A DNA stretch of 64,000 bases from Macrostomum lignano (lineage: Eukaryota), in the NCBI GenBank assembly GCA_002269645.1, contig NIVC01001192.1:62001-126000 (forward strand). The letters run 5' to 3'. Below, in pieces: positions 23,306 to 34,256 of the stretch. Numbering within the stretch: position 1 is the first letter of the stretch; each line of letters begins with the position of its first letter. The notes below the pieces were generated by a model. It worked only from the letters and a program-made list of their open reading frames with translations, ran no database searches and was not told where the DNA came from. The position numbers and the translations under genes are program-made.

Positions 23306-24829
23306 ATGGCCTTCGAGCCGACTATGGATAACCAAGCTTTTTCTAGGGACGGGGACCCTTCTAAACCCCAACCTCAGTCCGAAGGACCGGCCGGCCCTGC
23401 TGGCAGATCCCAACCGACTGATTCAACTGTGGCAAAGGAAGGACCGGCTGGCTCTGCTGGCAGATCCGACCAGAGCTACCAAACTCAAAATGCCCAAAGA
23501 CCTGCCAGCTCCGCTGGTGGATCTAAGGGAACCGCGAGCTCTGAGCCTAAAGGACCGGCCAAATCTGGCAGATCCGATGAAGCTCAGCGGGCTCGGCTTG
23601 AGCGCAAACGCGCTAAAAAACGCGCCAAAAGGCAGGCCAAGCAGGGAGCTGCGGGGGCCAAAGCGGCGGCGTCCACCATGGATGCTGAAGCGACTGGAGT
23701 CCCAAGGCAACCAGGCGGGCCGGCCGGTGGAAGCTCCAGTAGTTCAGCGGCGGCGCTCCCTAGAGATGCTGCCGCGGCTGCTGAGGCCGAAACCACGACG
23801 CAACAAATGGCCACTGCCAACAAGGAGGTTCCTTCGGGAGCTACCTTTGCGGCGAAGGCCAAGGCCAAAATCCCGGGAGTGATCATCCAAGGTCGTGACC
23901 AGGACTGGACCACTGATCAGCTTCAAAAAGTGTGGAGTGCTGTTGACTCCTATCTGATTGGGCTGACTGTCGAGGTGGGAATCTCAATCGGCATTGGGCG
24001 GATGGTGCTGCGAAGCACATTCGATCTTATTGCTCCTAGCAGCGAAGAGGACGCTCGGCAGCTGCTCCAGCGGCTACCGACGGTCTCCTTGGATGCTGAC
24101 CTTGGCGGAGCTCTTTTTCTTCGCGAGGGCCAGCGTCCAAAGACGATACCCTATGTGGTTTTCGTCCCTGCTAAGAGCACCGCAGCTGGACCAGACGTTA
24201 TTCGCCGGGTCCTACTGCGTCTGAACCCCGACCTCCCTGCTAGTGGACTGGTGTATCACCGCCAAGTCCGCAGGGGGGAGACGGGCAACTCAATTGTCCT
24301 CGGCCTTTCCAGCACTTGGGCGAGTCGGTACCCTAATGGATCCCCTTTCCAGCTGGGTGCCCTCAAGCTCAAGATGCGCCGAGGAAAGTCTGCCAAAGGG
24401 AAGGCTACTGCCAACCCCGGCATCTCCGGCAAGAGCGGGGCGCAGTCTAAGGCCCAAGGAAAGGCGCAAGCCGATCCCAAAGCCAAAGCTACGTCTCGCC
24501 CCTCTGCTAGCAGAAGTTCGGCGACCGCGGTAACGGCTCCGGCCAAGCTCCGGGAACCAAACCTGCTAGTCGGAGAAGGAGTTGAGGACGAGGCCGGGTC
24601 TTCGGAATCCGAGCTCTCCTCGGCCACCCTGGTGGGGTCTGAAGGTAAAGATGCAGATGAGGAAGCTTCCTCCATCCTGTCATCGGAGCCTGAGGACTCT
24701 ACTGGGGGGGGGGCGGTGGGGGTGAGGAGGCCATGGACATCGACCAACTCCCATCTCCCAGTCAAGCCCCAGCGGCCTGGGACGAGGACGATCTGTTGTC
24801 CAAGTCTCCTTGATGGCCCTGGGCTCTAG
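23306..24829 (+). CDS. LINE ORF1 (gag-like; DUF4780-like region), probable frameshift in a poly-G run near 24705
   Basis: Basic coiled segment RLERKRAKKRAKRQAKQ; IRRVLLRLNPDLP resembles LOA/R1 ORF1 from recall; the alternative frame after the G run reads EEAMDIDQLPSPSQAPAAWDEDDLLSKSP*. Confidence 0.7.
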   Translation: MAFEPTMDNQAFSRDGDPSKPQPQSEGPAGPAGRSQPTDSTVAKEGPAGSAGRSDQSYQTQNAQRPASSAGGSKGTASSEPKGPAKSGRSDEAQRARLERKRAKKRAKRQAKQGAAGAKAAASTMDAEATGVPRQPGGPAGGSSSSSAAALPRDAAAAAEAETTTQQMATANKEVPSGATFAAKAKAKIPGVIIQGRDQDWTTDQLQKVWSAVDSYLIGLTVEVGISIGIGRMVLRSTFDLIAPSSEEDARQLLQRLPTVSLDADLGGALFLREGQRPKTIPYVVFVPAKSTAAGPDVIRRVLLRLNPDLPASGLVYHRQVRRGETGNSIVLGLSSTWASRYPNGSPFQLGALKLKMRRGKSAKGKATANPGISGKSGAQSKAQGKAQADPKAKATSRPSASRSSATAVTAPAKLREPNLLVGEGVEDEAGSSESELSSATLVGSEGKDADEEASSILSSEPEDSTGGGAVGVRRPWTSTNSHLPVKPQRPGTRTICCPSLLDGPGL

Positions 24830-24852
24830 CCAGACATTGCATTTAATACAGT

Positions 24853-27800
24853 ATGACTAAGCTCCACGCTGCCAAAGGAGCGACATTCTGTCTGCAAATT
24901 AATTTACAGCATTGCGTATCTGCGTCAGTAAATCTGATGAAGATTGCTGAGCTGTACAGGCCAGGCCTCATCCTGATCCAGGAACCCTGGATGCGCAACG
25001 GTAAGTTGCCCAACATTCCCTCTGGCTACTCTGATTTTTATGTGTGTGGCCCGGGGAACAGCCGCCCTAGAGCGGCTATCCTCGCTGCTAGCCATCTCCA
25101 GGCTTGGCTGAGGACTGATCTCTCTGATGGAGACCTTTGCGTCATCCAATCTAATCATCTCTCTCCGCGTACGTGTCTTGTTGCCTCGGTTTATATCCCA
25201 GGCGACAGAGACCCTGCTCCCGAGAGTTTACTGCACCTTGCGCAGTACTGCGAGTCCCAGAACGCTGAGCTGTGCTTAGGGGGCGACCTCAACGCGCACC
25301 ACAAGCACTGGGGCAGCAAAGATACCAACACTAGAGGAGAGGAGCTTCTGGCCCTCATCTCTAACAAAACCTCATGCTCTGCAACCGCGGCAGCACTCCT
25401 ACCTTTAATAATGGCAGATGGACCGAGGTCCTCGACGCCACACTCGTTACCCCAAGACTCTTTGACAGAGTTGAGGAGTGGAGAGTCTGGTCTGAGGAGC
25501 CCTCCCTGTCTGACCACTGCTTTATCGCCTTTAACATCGCGGACACTAAAACCCAGTCTCCGATCACTTGGAGGCGCAATATCCGCAACACTGATTAGGC
25601 GGCCTACAAGGCTGCCCTTGATCTGCACCTGCAGGAACTCACGGACTTACGTCCGATTGAGACCTGCGAGGATGTGGATCATATGGCTGAGACGCTGACA
25701 GGTTGCATTATTGCAGCCTACGAAGCGGCTTGTCCTGCTCGCGCCTACAAAGGCAAGACCTCGGCGCCGTGGTGGAACCCGGAGCTGGGGAAACTCAGGC
25801 GGAAGGCCAAAAGCCTTCATCGCCGTGCCATGAAGACCGGAAACCCGGAGGACATGGAGCTTTTCCGGCAAGCCTCCCGCAATTTCAAATCTGAAGTGCG
25901 CAAGGCCAAGGAATGTAAGTGGCGCCAATTCTGCTATGAATTGGATCAAGACAGACCTACTTCTAGGCTTGTCAAGGCCCTTACAATGGACAAAATGTCC
26001 AAATTAGCCATGATCAAAAAAGATGATGGCTCTCTTACTAAAGACCCTGAAGAAGTGCTTCAGCATATGCTTAGCACATTCTTCCCGAGGGTACCTACTG
26101 CTAGACCGGAGCCCAACCATTCGATGGATGGAGCCACCCTAGCGGCGGGCATTGTCACTGAAGACCAATCGCTCGTGCGGTCAGAACCTTCAAACCCTTC
26201 AAATCTCCTGGACCTGATGGTATCTACCCTGTTCTCCTTCGTGAAGCAGCCAAGATACCCTCGTTCCTGAGACTCACCCGCAATCTTATGCGGGCCTCTA
26301 TCCAGCTGGGATACGTTCCCAAATGCTGGACTGAAGCTCGGGTAGTCTTTATTCCCAAACCTGGGAAGGGTGACTACCAAAGCGTCAAGGCCTTCCGGCC
26401 TATTAGCTTAACGTCAGCAATGCTTAAGCTCACTGAGAGGCTTATTCTCTGGCGGCTGCTGTCCTGCGAGCTGACAGCGATGCCCCTCAACAATAATCAG
26501 CACGCCTTCCGTACCGGGAGGTCGACTGACAGCGCCCTGCATGCGATTGTCGAGAAGATTGAACGGGCGGTACTGGGTGACGGTTACGCCCTGGCTCTCT
26601 TTCTTGACATTGTTGGCGCCTTCGACAACGTTATCTTTGAAGCGTTTCAGAGGGCCCTTCAAAATCGCAAAGCTCATGCTACCCTCATACGGTGGATCAT
26701 GTACATGATCTCCAACCGTACGGTCACTGCCCAACTTCTTGGGCAAACTGCCTCCACCAGAGTCTGTAAGGGTGGACCCCAAGGCGGAGTCCTCACCCCG
26801 ACGCTCTGGAACCTGGTCATGGACGCTCTTCTGAGTGACTCCCGACCCGACCCCGTCTTCAAAGTCGGGTATGCTGATGACGTCACGGCCATTGTGGCAG
26901 GACCGTCTCCCAGCACGCTCAGGGATCTGATGCAGAGCTTTATCTGCAAAGCAGAATCCTGGGCCAATGACAATGGTCTGAAACTCTCTGAGCCCAAAAC
27001 CGTTGCCATTATGTTTACCAGCAGACTACGCTGGAACATACGTCCTCTGCAGCTCTACGGCAGAGATATTGCCTTCGTGCACCAGACCAGATGTATCGGG
27101 GTCACACTTGACCACCGGCTCAACTGGTCCTTCCACGTGAAAGCAAAAGCCAAGCGTGCCTCAGCCATCCTGGCCCAGCTCCGACGAGCACTTGGCACTT
27201 CTTGGGGTCTATCCCCAAAGCGGCTTTGGTGGATCTACACTTCCGTAGTTAGACCTGCCATTACGTACGCCTCGGTTGTCTGGGTTAGCGCTACCCAGGT
27301 CAAAAGCCATGTAGACCTGCTCAACACGATCCAAGGCAGAGCGTGTAGGCTCATCTGCAACGCCACCAGGTCCACGCCCTTTGCTGGCATGGGGGCCTTC
27401 CTTAATCTACCGCCTCTTGACCTCTTCGTCAGGGGTGAGGCGGCTAGAACGACGCGGCGTCTAATTGATGCCGGCGTCAAATTCATTTACATGAGAGCAC
27501 CTGCTAAGCGGAACCTTGTCCCGCATAGCGACCTGTGCCTCAACTTTCTCAACGAGTGTCAGGCCAATCGCGTCTTCACCGATGGCATTGCCTCAACGCT
27601 CAACCTGAGACAGCGCTACTCCGTAGCTATCGACTCGCGCGATAACATCAATGACCAATGGAACCTTGGTAAGCTTCATTGCTACACCGACGGTTCTAAC
27701 CAGTCAGCCAACACCGGCTTTGGTGTTGGAATCTTTCTGAACGGGAGGGTCATCGCTACCCACGCTCAATACACTGGGGTCAACTCCAGTGTTTTCCAAA

Positions 27801-28620
27801 ATGAAGTTCTGGCCATCAGCTCCTGCACTGCAGAGCTTCTCGCCACTGGCGTTATTGGCAAGAACATCATTTTCCATTCGGACAGCCAAGCTGCCTTGTA
27901 CGCCATCAGTGGCTGCAGCACCAACTCTGCTACAGTCCTCGACTGTATCAAACTCCTCAACGTGTTGGGTTCCGCCAACAAAATTACCCTTAAGTGGGTT
28001 CCGGGGCATGTGGGGATCCGAGGAAATGAGTTGGCTGACACCCTTGCAAAAGTTGGTGCCTCCGGCTCCTCTCTCGGCCCCGAACCTCTTGTCCCGATTC
28101 CTGGCTGTGCCATCGACTCGCGCATCAAAGCGTGGATCAGGACTCAGCACCGCTCGACTTGGGCGAACCGCACTACCTGCAGGCAATCCAGAGGCGCTGT
28201 CCCTCAGCCCTCTCACCAGCTCCGGAAGCTCCTCTTGCGCCTCTCGCGCAGAGACATCCGGGCAGCCACCATGACCCTCTCTGGTCACGGCTGCTTCTCC
28301 AGGCACCAGTACCTGCAGGGCAACGCCACCAACGCCACCTGTAGCTTCTGCAACTCAGGTGACGAAACCGCTGAGCATTTCGTCAGCATCTGTCCCGCCT
28401 TCACGCGGGGCTGACTCACTTACCTCGGGCCACACACATATATTACTGAAGCGTGCAAACCCGAAAACTTTAATCAGCTCATGCGCTACCTTCGGGCCAC
28501 CCGCAGGGCTGAACTCTCCTTTCCAGAGAGCACTATAGCTGCTGGCGACACTGGGGGGACCTCCCTGGGCGGCGCCAACCCTCCGTCCATAGCGACGCGT
28601 CGGCCGTTCAGGGATTAGCG
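24853..28620 (+). pseudogene. LINE ORF2 (APE-RT-RNase H) with 2 frameshifts and 2 nonsense codons
   Basis: 1-nt deletions near 25366 and 26167; TAG at 25596-25598 (NTD* where W is expected) and TGA at 28412-28414 (RG*LTYLG versus QDRLTYLG in the 40342 relative). Confidence 0.88.
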
Positions 28621-28989
28621 GAATGGGCGCCCGCGCCTTTCCGCTGTGTCCCCTCCGGGACAGCCCTGCAGCTAAGTCAAAGTAAGTCAAGTCCGTTTTC
28701 TTGTTGCCAACTTTAATCTCGCGCATAAGTTAGTTTTTTGTCACATTAGTTTTTGTCTTTATATACTACATTATTTTAATTTGCGAAAAAATGATGTTAT
28801 TAATCATCAGAATTATGTTTTCCTTTAAAATATAAATGAGGAAGTAAACAGTAGTTTTTGCATAGGCCAAACAATGAGCAATTTATTACTATTAATGCTA
28901 CTTCAACTACTACTACTGTAAATTTTGTGTATGTTCTCTAAGTTTAATATATCGCATCGGTTGCCATAAAGCCACCAAAATTTTTTTTA

Positions 28990-30760
28990 ATTTAATTCCG
29001 CGTTTGGGCCTTTTCATATTGCTTGTTCTGGTTCCAGAACCAGAACCAATTTGTGAAGTATAACTTTTTGTCTCCATAACTAGAGGAAGATACGTGCGAT
29101 AAAGTTTTTTTTATTGAATGACAATCGCCAAGAAGAAAGTAAAAAATTGTGCTAAGTGAGGTTGTTAAGGCAGTCAAACATTCAATAGAATTAAATAGTT
29201 ATACTGCTGTTTTTCTTGGAAGATCCGAACCGATTCTGATTCTGGAATTGGTAATATGAAAAGCCTCTTTGAGTAAGTGCGGTATTTAGAGTAAAAAATA
29301 AGTGTACAGGGTACTACGTCCACTCCAACGCAGAATAAAGTTTGCACATCGTCTATGTTATTTAAACTATGATATATACATTTCATTTTGCAGAAGTGCT
29401 TGCTAAAAGTGAAATAAAAAGGATTTACTACAATCAAAATCAATAGCACTGACATTGACATTGACAGAGAGTGAGACTGTTGTATCGAATTCTCATTGAC
29501 AGCTTAGGGCATCAACAAATTGAGGTCGCATTCACCACCAAAGATAGTTTTTTTGCAATCTTTTTGCTTTTTGTCATTTTGGGCGCCTTTATATCTACCC
29601 CTTAAGTCCTAAGGCTTTTTCATATTGATTGTTCTGGTTCTAGAACCAGATTAAAGTTGTAAAGTAGGCCTATAACTTTATGTCTCCTAAACTAGAAGAA
29701 TACATGCTATACATTTTTAATTACTCATTATTGAATAGGAATAGGGGCCTACTACAAATACTATAGAATAGGCCTACAATAAAAAAGTTAAAAGTGTGCT
29801 AAGTAAGGCTAGGCCTATTTAGATAGTCAAAAATTCAACAAAGTTAACAAGGCCCACTATAGTTATACTGCTTTTTTTCTTTGAAGATCCAAACCAATTT
29901 TGGTTCTAGAATTAGTAATGTGAAAAGCTTAAAAGTTAATTATATATAATATTAATATAGCAAAAGTTAAAGAAAAATTAGAAAATTAAACTTAACTTTA
30001 AAGTTATAAAATATATACATAAGACAAAACATTTAAAATTTGCTTTTAACTTTAAAAAAATTAAATGTGTTTTTATATTACATAACTGTATATTCTTTTT
30101 TATGGCTTATGTAACTAATAAAATTCTAGGGTATAAATTGTATAAATATAATAGTTTATGTCTTAATGCAAATCCTATCTTTGCTAAATATATATTAGTT
30201 TATACCAAAAAGGGTAATAATTCACTTAAATATATATCAAAATTTTTCTTAAAAGGTTAATTTAACTTTATGAAATGATTTTGTAAGGTTTTGACAAAAA
30301 TAAAAACTAGGCAATGGTTTTTAGGTTTGGAATATCAGATCTAGTAAGAAAACTTAAAGATGAGTGTGTATTTGGTCTACGTTTATTTATAGTACTATAA
30401 GTTTTCATTTTTAGTATATTTAGTACTATATAATATATTGCCAAAAATTTATAGAAGCTTTGATTCTTAAAACAAATTTTATTATATTTAATGTTTATAT
30501 ATAACATTACTATACAAATGCAATATTAACTTTTATTAATCTCTTACTTTATTAAAGCTAAATAACTAAAATAAACATTTAGTAAAATTAAAAAAAATCT
30601 ATAATAAAATTTCAATATTATACTAAAAAGAATTTTCTGGAAGTTTCTAAAATATCTAATTTATATGTATTTTCAAAATATAGATATGCAATAGCTATGT
30701 GCCACAATTGTTTTCCTTATAGGTAATAGAGTCCCTAAGTCCTAATCAATAAATAATGAA
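28990..30760. other. very AT-rich decayed repeat region containing a diverged internal duplication
   Basis: About 29010-29270 aligns with about 29615-29935 (TTTTCATATTG.TTGTTCTGGTTC.AGAACCAGA ... GAAGATCC.AACC.ATT). Confidence 0.6.
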
Positions 30761-31042
30761 AATAATAATGTGAGGGTTCCCCGACAGATATTCGCGACAT
30801 ATTTTCTCCTTCAAACGGATAATTCAAACAAAAAATGAATTTATGTTTCGGGATGCATTACTTACTCTGACGCCGTATTCAGCTTTAAAATTTTGTAGAC
30901 AAAAATTTTATGTCTTAAAGAAAAAAATATTAGTACGAATACAAAGTGTGTCAAAACGAATTTTATCACACATTCCTTACAAAAAAATTCTCACGCCAAA
31001 GAACTTATGAAGTAACGGTAGCAATGAATTTTTTGTCAGTTT

Positions 31043-31700
31043 CTGACGTATGTCTCAACTTTGCAATGACACCTTAGACACATGTCCTACTTTTGTATTT
31101 CCTGGGATATCTGCTTCCAAAGTGTGCTTTCCGTGAGTCATTCATCATCCGTACCAAGACCAACCAAAACTTTGACTTATCGCTCCGTCTCTATGCTTCA
31201 ATCATTTGCTCTGAAACTTCTACCACTTCTTGACGCATGTCTCAGCTTTGCAGTGACACCTTAGACACATGTCCTACTTTTGTATTTCCCGGGATATCTG
31301 CTTCCAAAGTGTGCTTTCCGTGAGTCATTCATCATTCGTACCAAGACCAACCAAAACTTTGGCTTGTTGCTCCGTCTCTATGCTTCAATCGTTTGCTCTG
31401 AAACTTCTACCACTTCTTGACGCATGTCTCAGCTTTGCAGTGACACCTTAGACACATGTCTGACTTTTGTATTTCCCGGGATATCTGCTTCCAAAGTGTG
31501 CTTTCTGTGAGTCATTCATCATTCGTACCAAGACCAACCAAAACTTTGACTTATCGCTCCGTCTCTATGCTTCAATCATTTGCTCTGAAACTTCTACCAC
31601 TTCTTGACGCATGTCTCAGCTTTGCAGTGACACCTTAGACACATGTCTGACTTTTGTATTTCCCGGGATATCTGCTTCCAAATTGTGCGTTCCGTGGGTT
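31043..31700 (+). repeat. 187-bp tandem repeat, left arm of the foldback element (~3.5 copies)
   Basis: Near-identical ORF starts at 31082, 31269 and 31456, 187 nt apart. Confidence 0.95.
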
Positions 31701-32839
31701 ATGTCTATATATCTCTCGCTGCGTCTTTTGCTCAAGCATACTACGAGACACGCGATCAAACACATGATTGGTTTGCGTATTTCTCGAGATATTTTTTGAG
31801 CTCTTTGGTTTCAAAATGACACCTTTAGATAGAGTCAGCTAGCTTTTGTGTTATTCCTGAACAATGTCTGTTTCTTGGCGAATCCGGTGGCGAAAAGTAT
31901 ATTGTCGACATAATTTTTTGTGTAAAGTATTACAAGCAGTTTCTCGAAACAAAAAACAATAACTCATTAAGAACAACTGTATTTGTGTAAATGTCTTGTA
32001 CTATGTATAGATTATTGCAGTTACTATCGTAGTTGAGGGGAAAGAACAAATGGTCGTATGAATAAAGTGAGTAGTTGCTCAAACTCGGCGAGATTCTCAA
32101 ATCAGTATGAATAAAATGAGTGCGTCCTCCTGAGCAAGTGCTCAAAATCAATTTCCCAAGAGTTACATGTAGTGCTCTCCCCGTGAGCAAATGCTCGGTG
32201 ACTGAGTAGAGACTCGCTTCAGTATGAATAAACTCTGGTCATAAACAATTGCAATTTGTCTTGAGATCTTGCTCAGCAAAAGTTGAGTCTCCTCTGTAGT
32301 AGACTCACTGGTTGAGCAGCATCCAGCCATGTCCCTAAGTGGCAAATAGCGTCTATGTCCCTACGCTATTGAACTCAAATTTATAGGCAACCCATAGGCT
32401 TTTTCGCACAAGTAACGAAAACCAGCGGTCGCACTTTACCTGTTACCGCCATACAAAAGTGGCCTATCTAGGGAATATAAGATCTATGATTCATATGAAC
32501 ATTGAGCAACTGCTCCAGATCAGAGCAGTTGCTCGAGTTCGAGCTTTTGCTCAATCTCAGAGTTTGAGGTGAAACTCGCCAGTTATTGCTCACTGTAGTC
32601 ATACGGCCAAAATAAAGCTAGGAAATTTTAGGAAATGTAACTTTCGTATAAACAAACATAACCGTCAGCTGTCTAAATTAATGCATGTGACACACACCTT
32701 GTTGTTCTGGTCTTGTTGTCGAGTCCAGCAAGATTTGTGAAACCAGAAGAGGCACGATGGGCACTCGATCTGCAGATTTTATGCGGTATAGCTATGCCTC
32801 ATACGCTCGTATATACTTACATGAATTACCTTAGTAATA

Positions 32840-33395
32840 AGAAGTTTCAGAGCAAATGATTGAAGCATAGAGACAGAGCAATAAGTCAAAGTTTTGGTTG
32901 GTCTTGGTACGAATGATGAATGACTCACGGAAAGCACACTTTGGAAGCAGATATCCCGGGAAATACAAAAGTAGGACATGTGTCTAAGGTGTCACTGCAA
33001 AGCTGAGACATGCGTCAAGAAGTGGTAGAAGTTTCAGAGCAAATGATTGAAGCATAGAGACGGAGCGATAAGTCAAAGTTTTGGTTGGTCTTGGTACGGA
33101 TGATGAATGACTCACGGAAAGCACACTTTGGAAGCAGATATCCCGGGAAATACAAAAGTAGGACATGTGTCTAAGGTGTCACTGCAAAGCTGAGACATGC
33201 GTCAAGAAGTGGTAGAAGTTTCAGAGCAAATGATTGAAGCATAGAGACAGAGCAATAAGTCAAAGTTTTGGTTGGTCTTGGTACGAATGATGAATGACTC
33301 ACGGAAAGCACACTTTGGAAGCAGATATCCCGGGAAATACAAAAGTCAGACATGTGTCTAAGGTGTCATTGCAAAGTTGAGACATGCGTCAGAAA
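32840..33395 (-). repeat. 187-bp tandem repeat, right arm of the foldback element (~3 copies, inverted)
   Basis: Reverse-strand starts at 33353, 33166 and 32979. Confidence 0.95.
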
Positions 33396-34256
33396 CTGAC
33401 AAAAAATTCATTGCTACCGTTACTTCATAAGTTCTTTGGCGTGAGAATTTTTTTGTAAGGAATGTGTGATAAAATTTGTTTTGACACACTTTGTATTCGT
33501 ACTAATATTTTTTTCTTTAAGACATAAAATTTTTGTCTACAAAATTTTAAAGCTGAATACGGCGTCAGAGTAAGTAATGCATCCCGAAACATAAATTCAT
33601 TTTTTGTTTGAATTATCCGTTTGAAGGAGAAAATATCTGTCGCGAATATCTGTCGGGGAACCCTCACATAAATAATACAATATAATTGAAATGCATAATG
33701 AAAGAAAATTGAAAAATCCAATATCAATAATAATGGAAGCTATTGTCTTTGGTGAATCTTATATGGCATCCGCTCTTAGTCACCTGTCTTGGCTCTGTTG
33801 TGGTAAATGCAATGAGTAGATCCAGTGTTGGTGACACTAATGGCAAGTTGGATCCCATAGCTATTGGCAGTGTTAAGCTAGACTCAATTGCTAATATCTG
33901 TATTTTAGATGGCTATTAAAATGATGACAGGTTCTTAGATTGATGCTGCTTAGTTGACCATATACTGTTGGCTTGTTGGGGTCCTTAGAATGCTTTTAAA
34001 CAGTCAATAAAAACAGCTTCTTGGTGACCTAGATGCATCTTTATAGTGAAAAATGTTGTCATCCTTTGGATGACTTGGTTGGAAGGAGCTTAGATAGGTG
34101 CTTTGAAAGGCTTGTGCACATAGTCCATTCTTAGTCAGACTTTCTTGGCACTCAAAATGTCAGTTAGGATGTTACTGTTTTACTGTTAACAGTCTTACTG
34201 TTGTTGTGCTTGGGCATTGTTCATTCAATGATGCTATCTATCTAGAGCTACAGAGT

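Larger units (their letters stand above)
22790..28693 (+). mobile_element. near full-length non-LTR retrotransposon, LOA/I-group-like (ORF1 + APE-RT-RNase H), inactivated
   Basis: ORF1 from ATG 23306; ORF2 from 24853 with APE (CLQINLQH, LIQEPW, GGDLNAHH, SDH), RT (FLDIVGAFDNV, PQGGVLTP, YADDV), RNase H (CYTDGS, HSDSQ, WVPGHVGIRGNELAD) and C-terminal CxxC..H..C; 3' end CTGCAGCTAAGTCAAAGTAAGTCAAGTC. The 5' boundary is approximate and no TSD was found. Confidence 0.9.
30768..33669. mobile_element. non-autonomous foldback DNA transposon with long inverted arms containing 187-bp repeats
   Basis: Starts (A)TGTGAGGGTTCCCCGACAGATATTCGCGACA and ends TGTCGCGAATATCTGTCGGGGAACCCTCACA(T); arms ~30768-31700 and ~32840-33669 are near-identical; flanked by AAATAATA on both sides (or TAA if the ends are TG..CA). 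Confidence 0.92.

Noticed and set aside
31082-33353. Six near-identical 60-aa ORFs (MSYFCIS...)
   Set aside because: A by-product of the 187-bp unit; stops and substitutions show no coding constraint.
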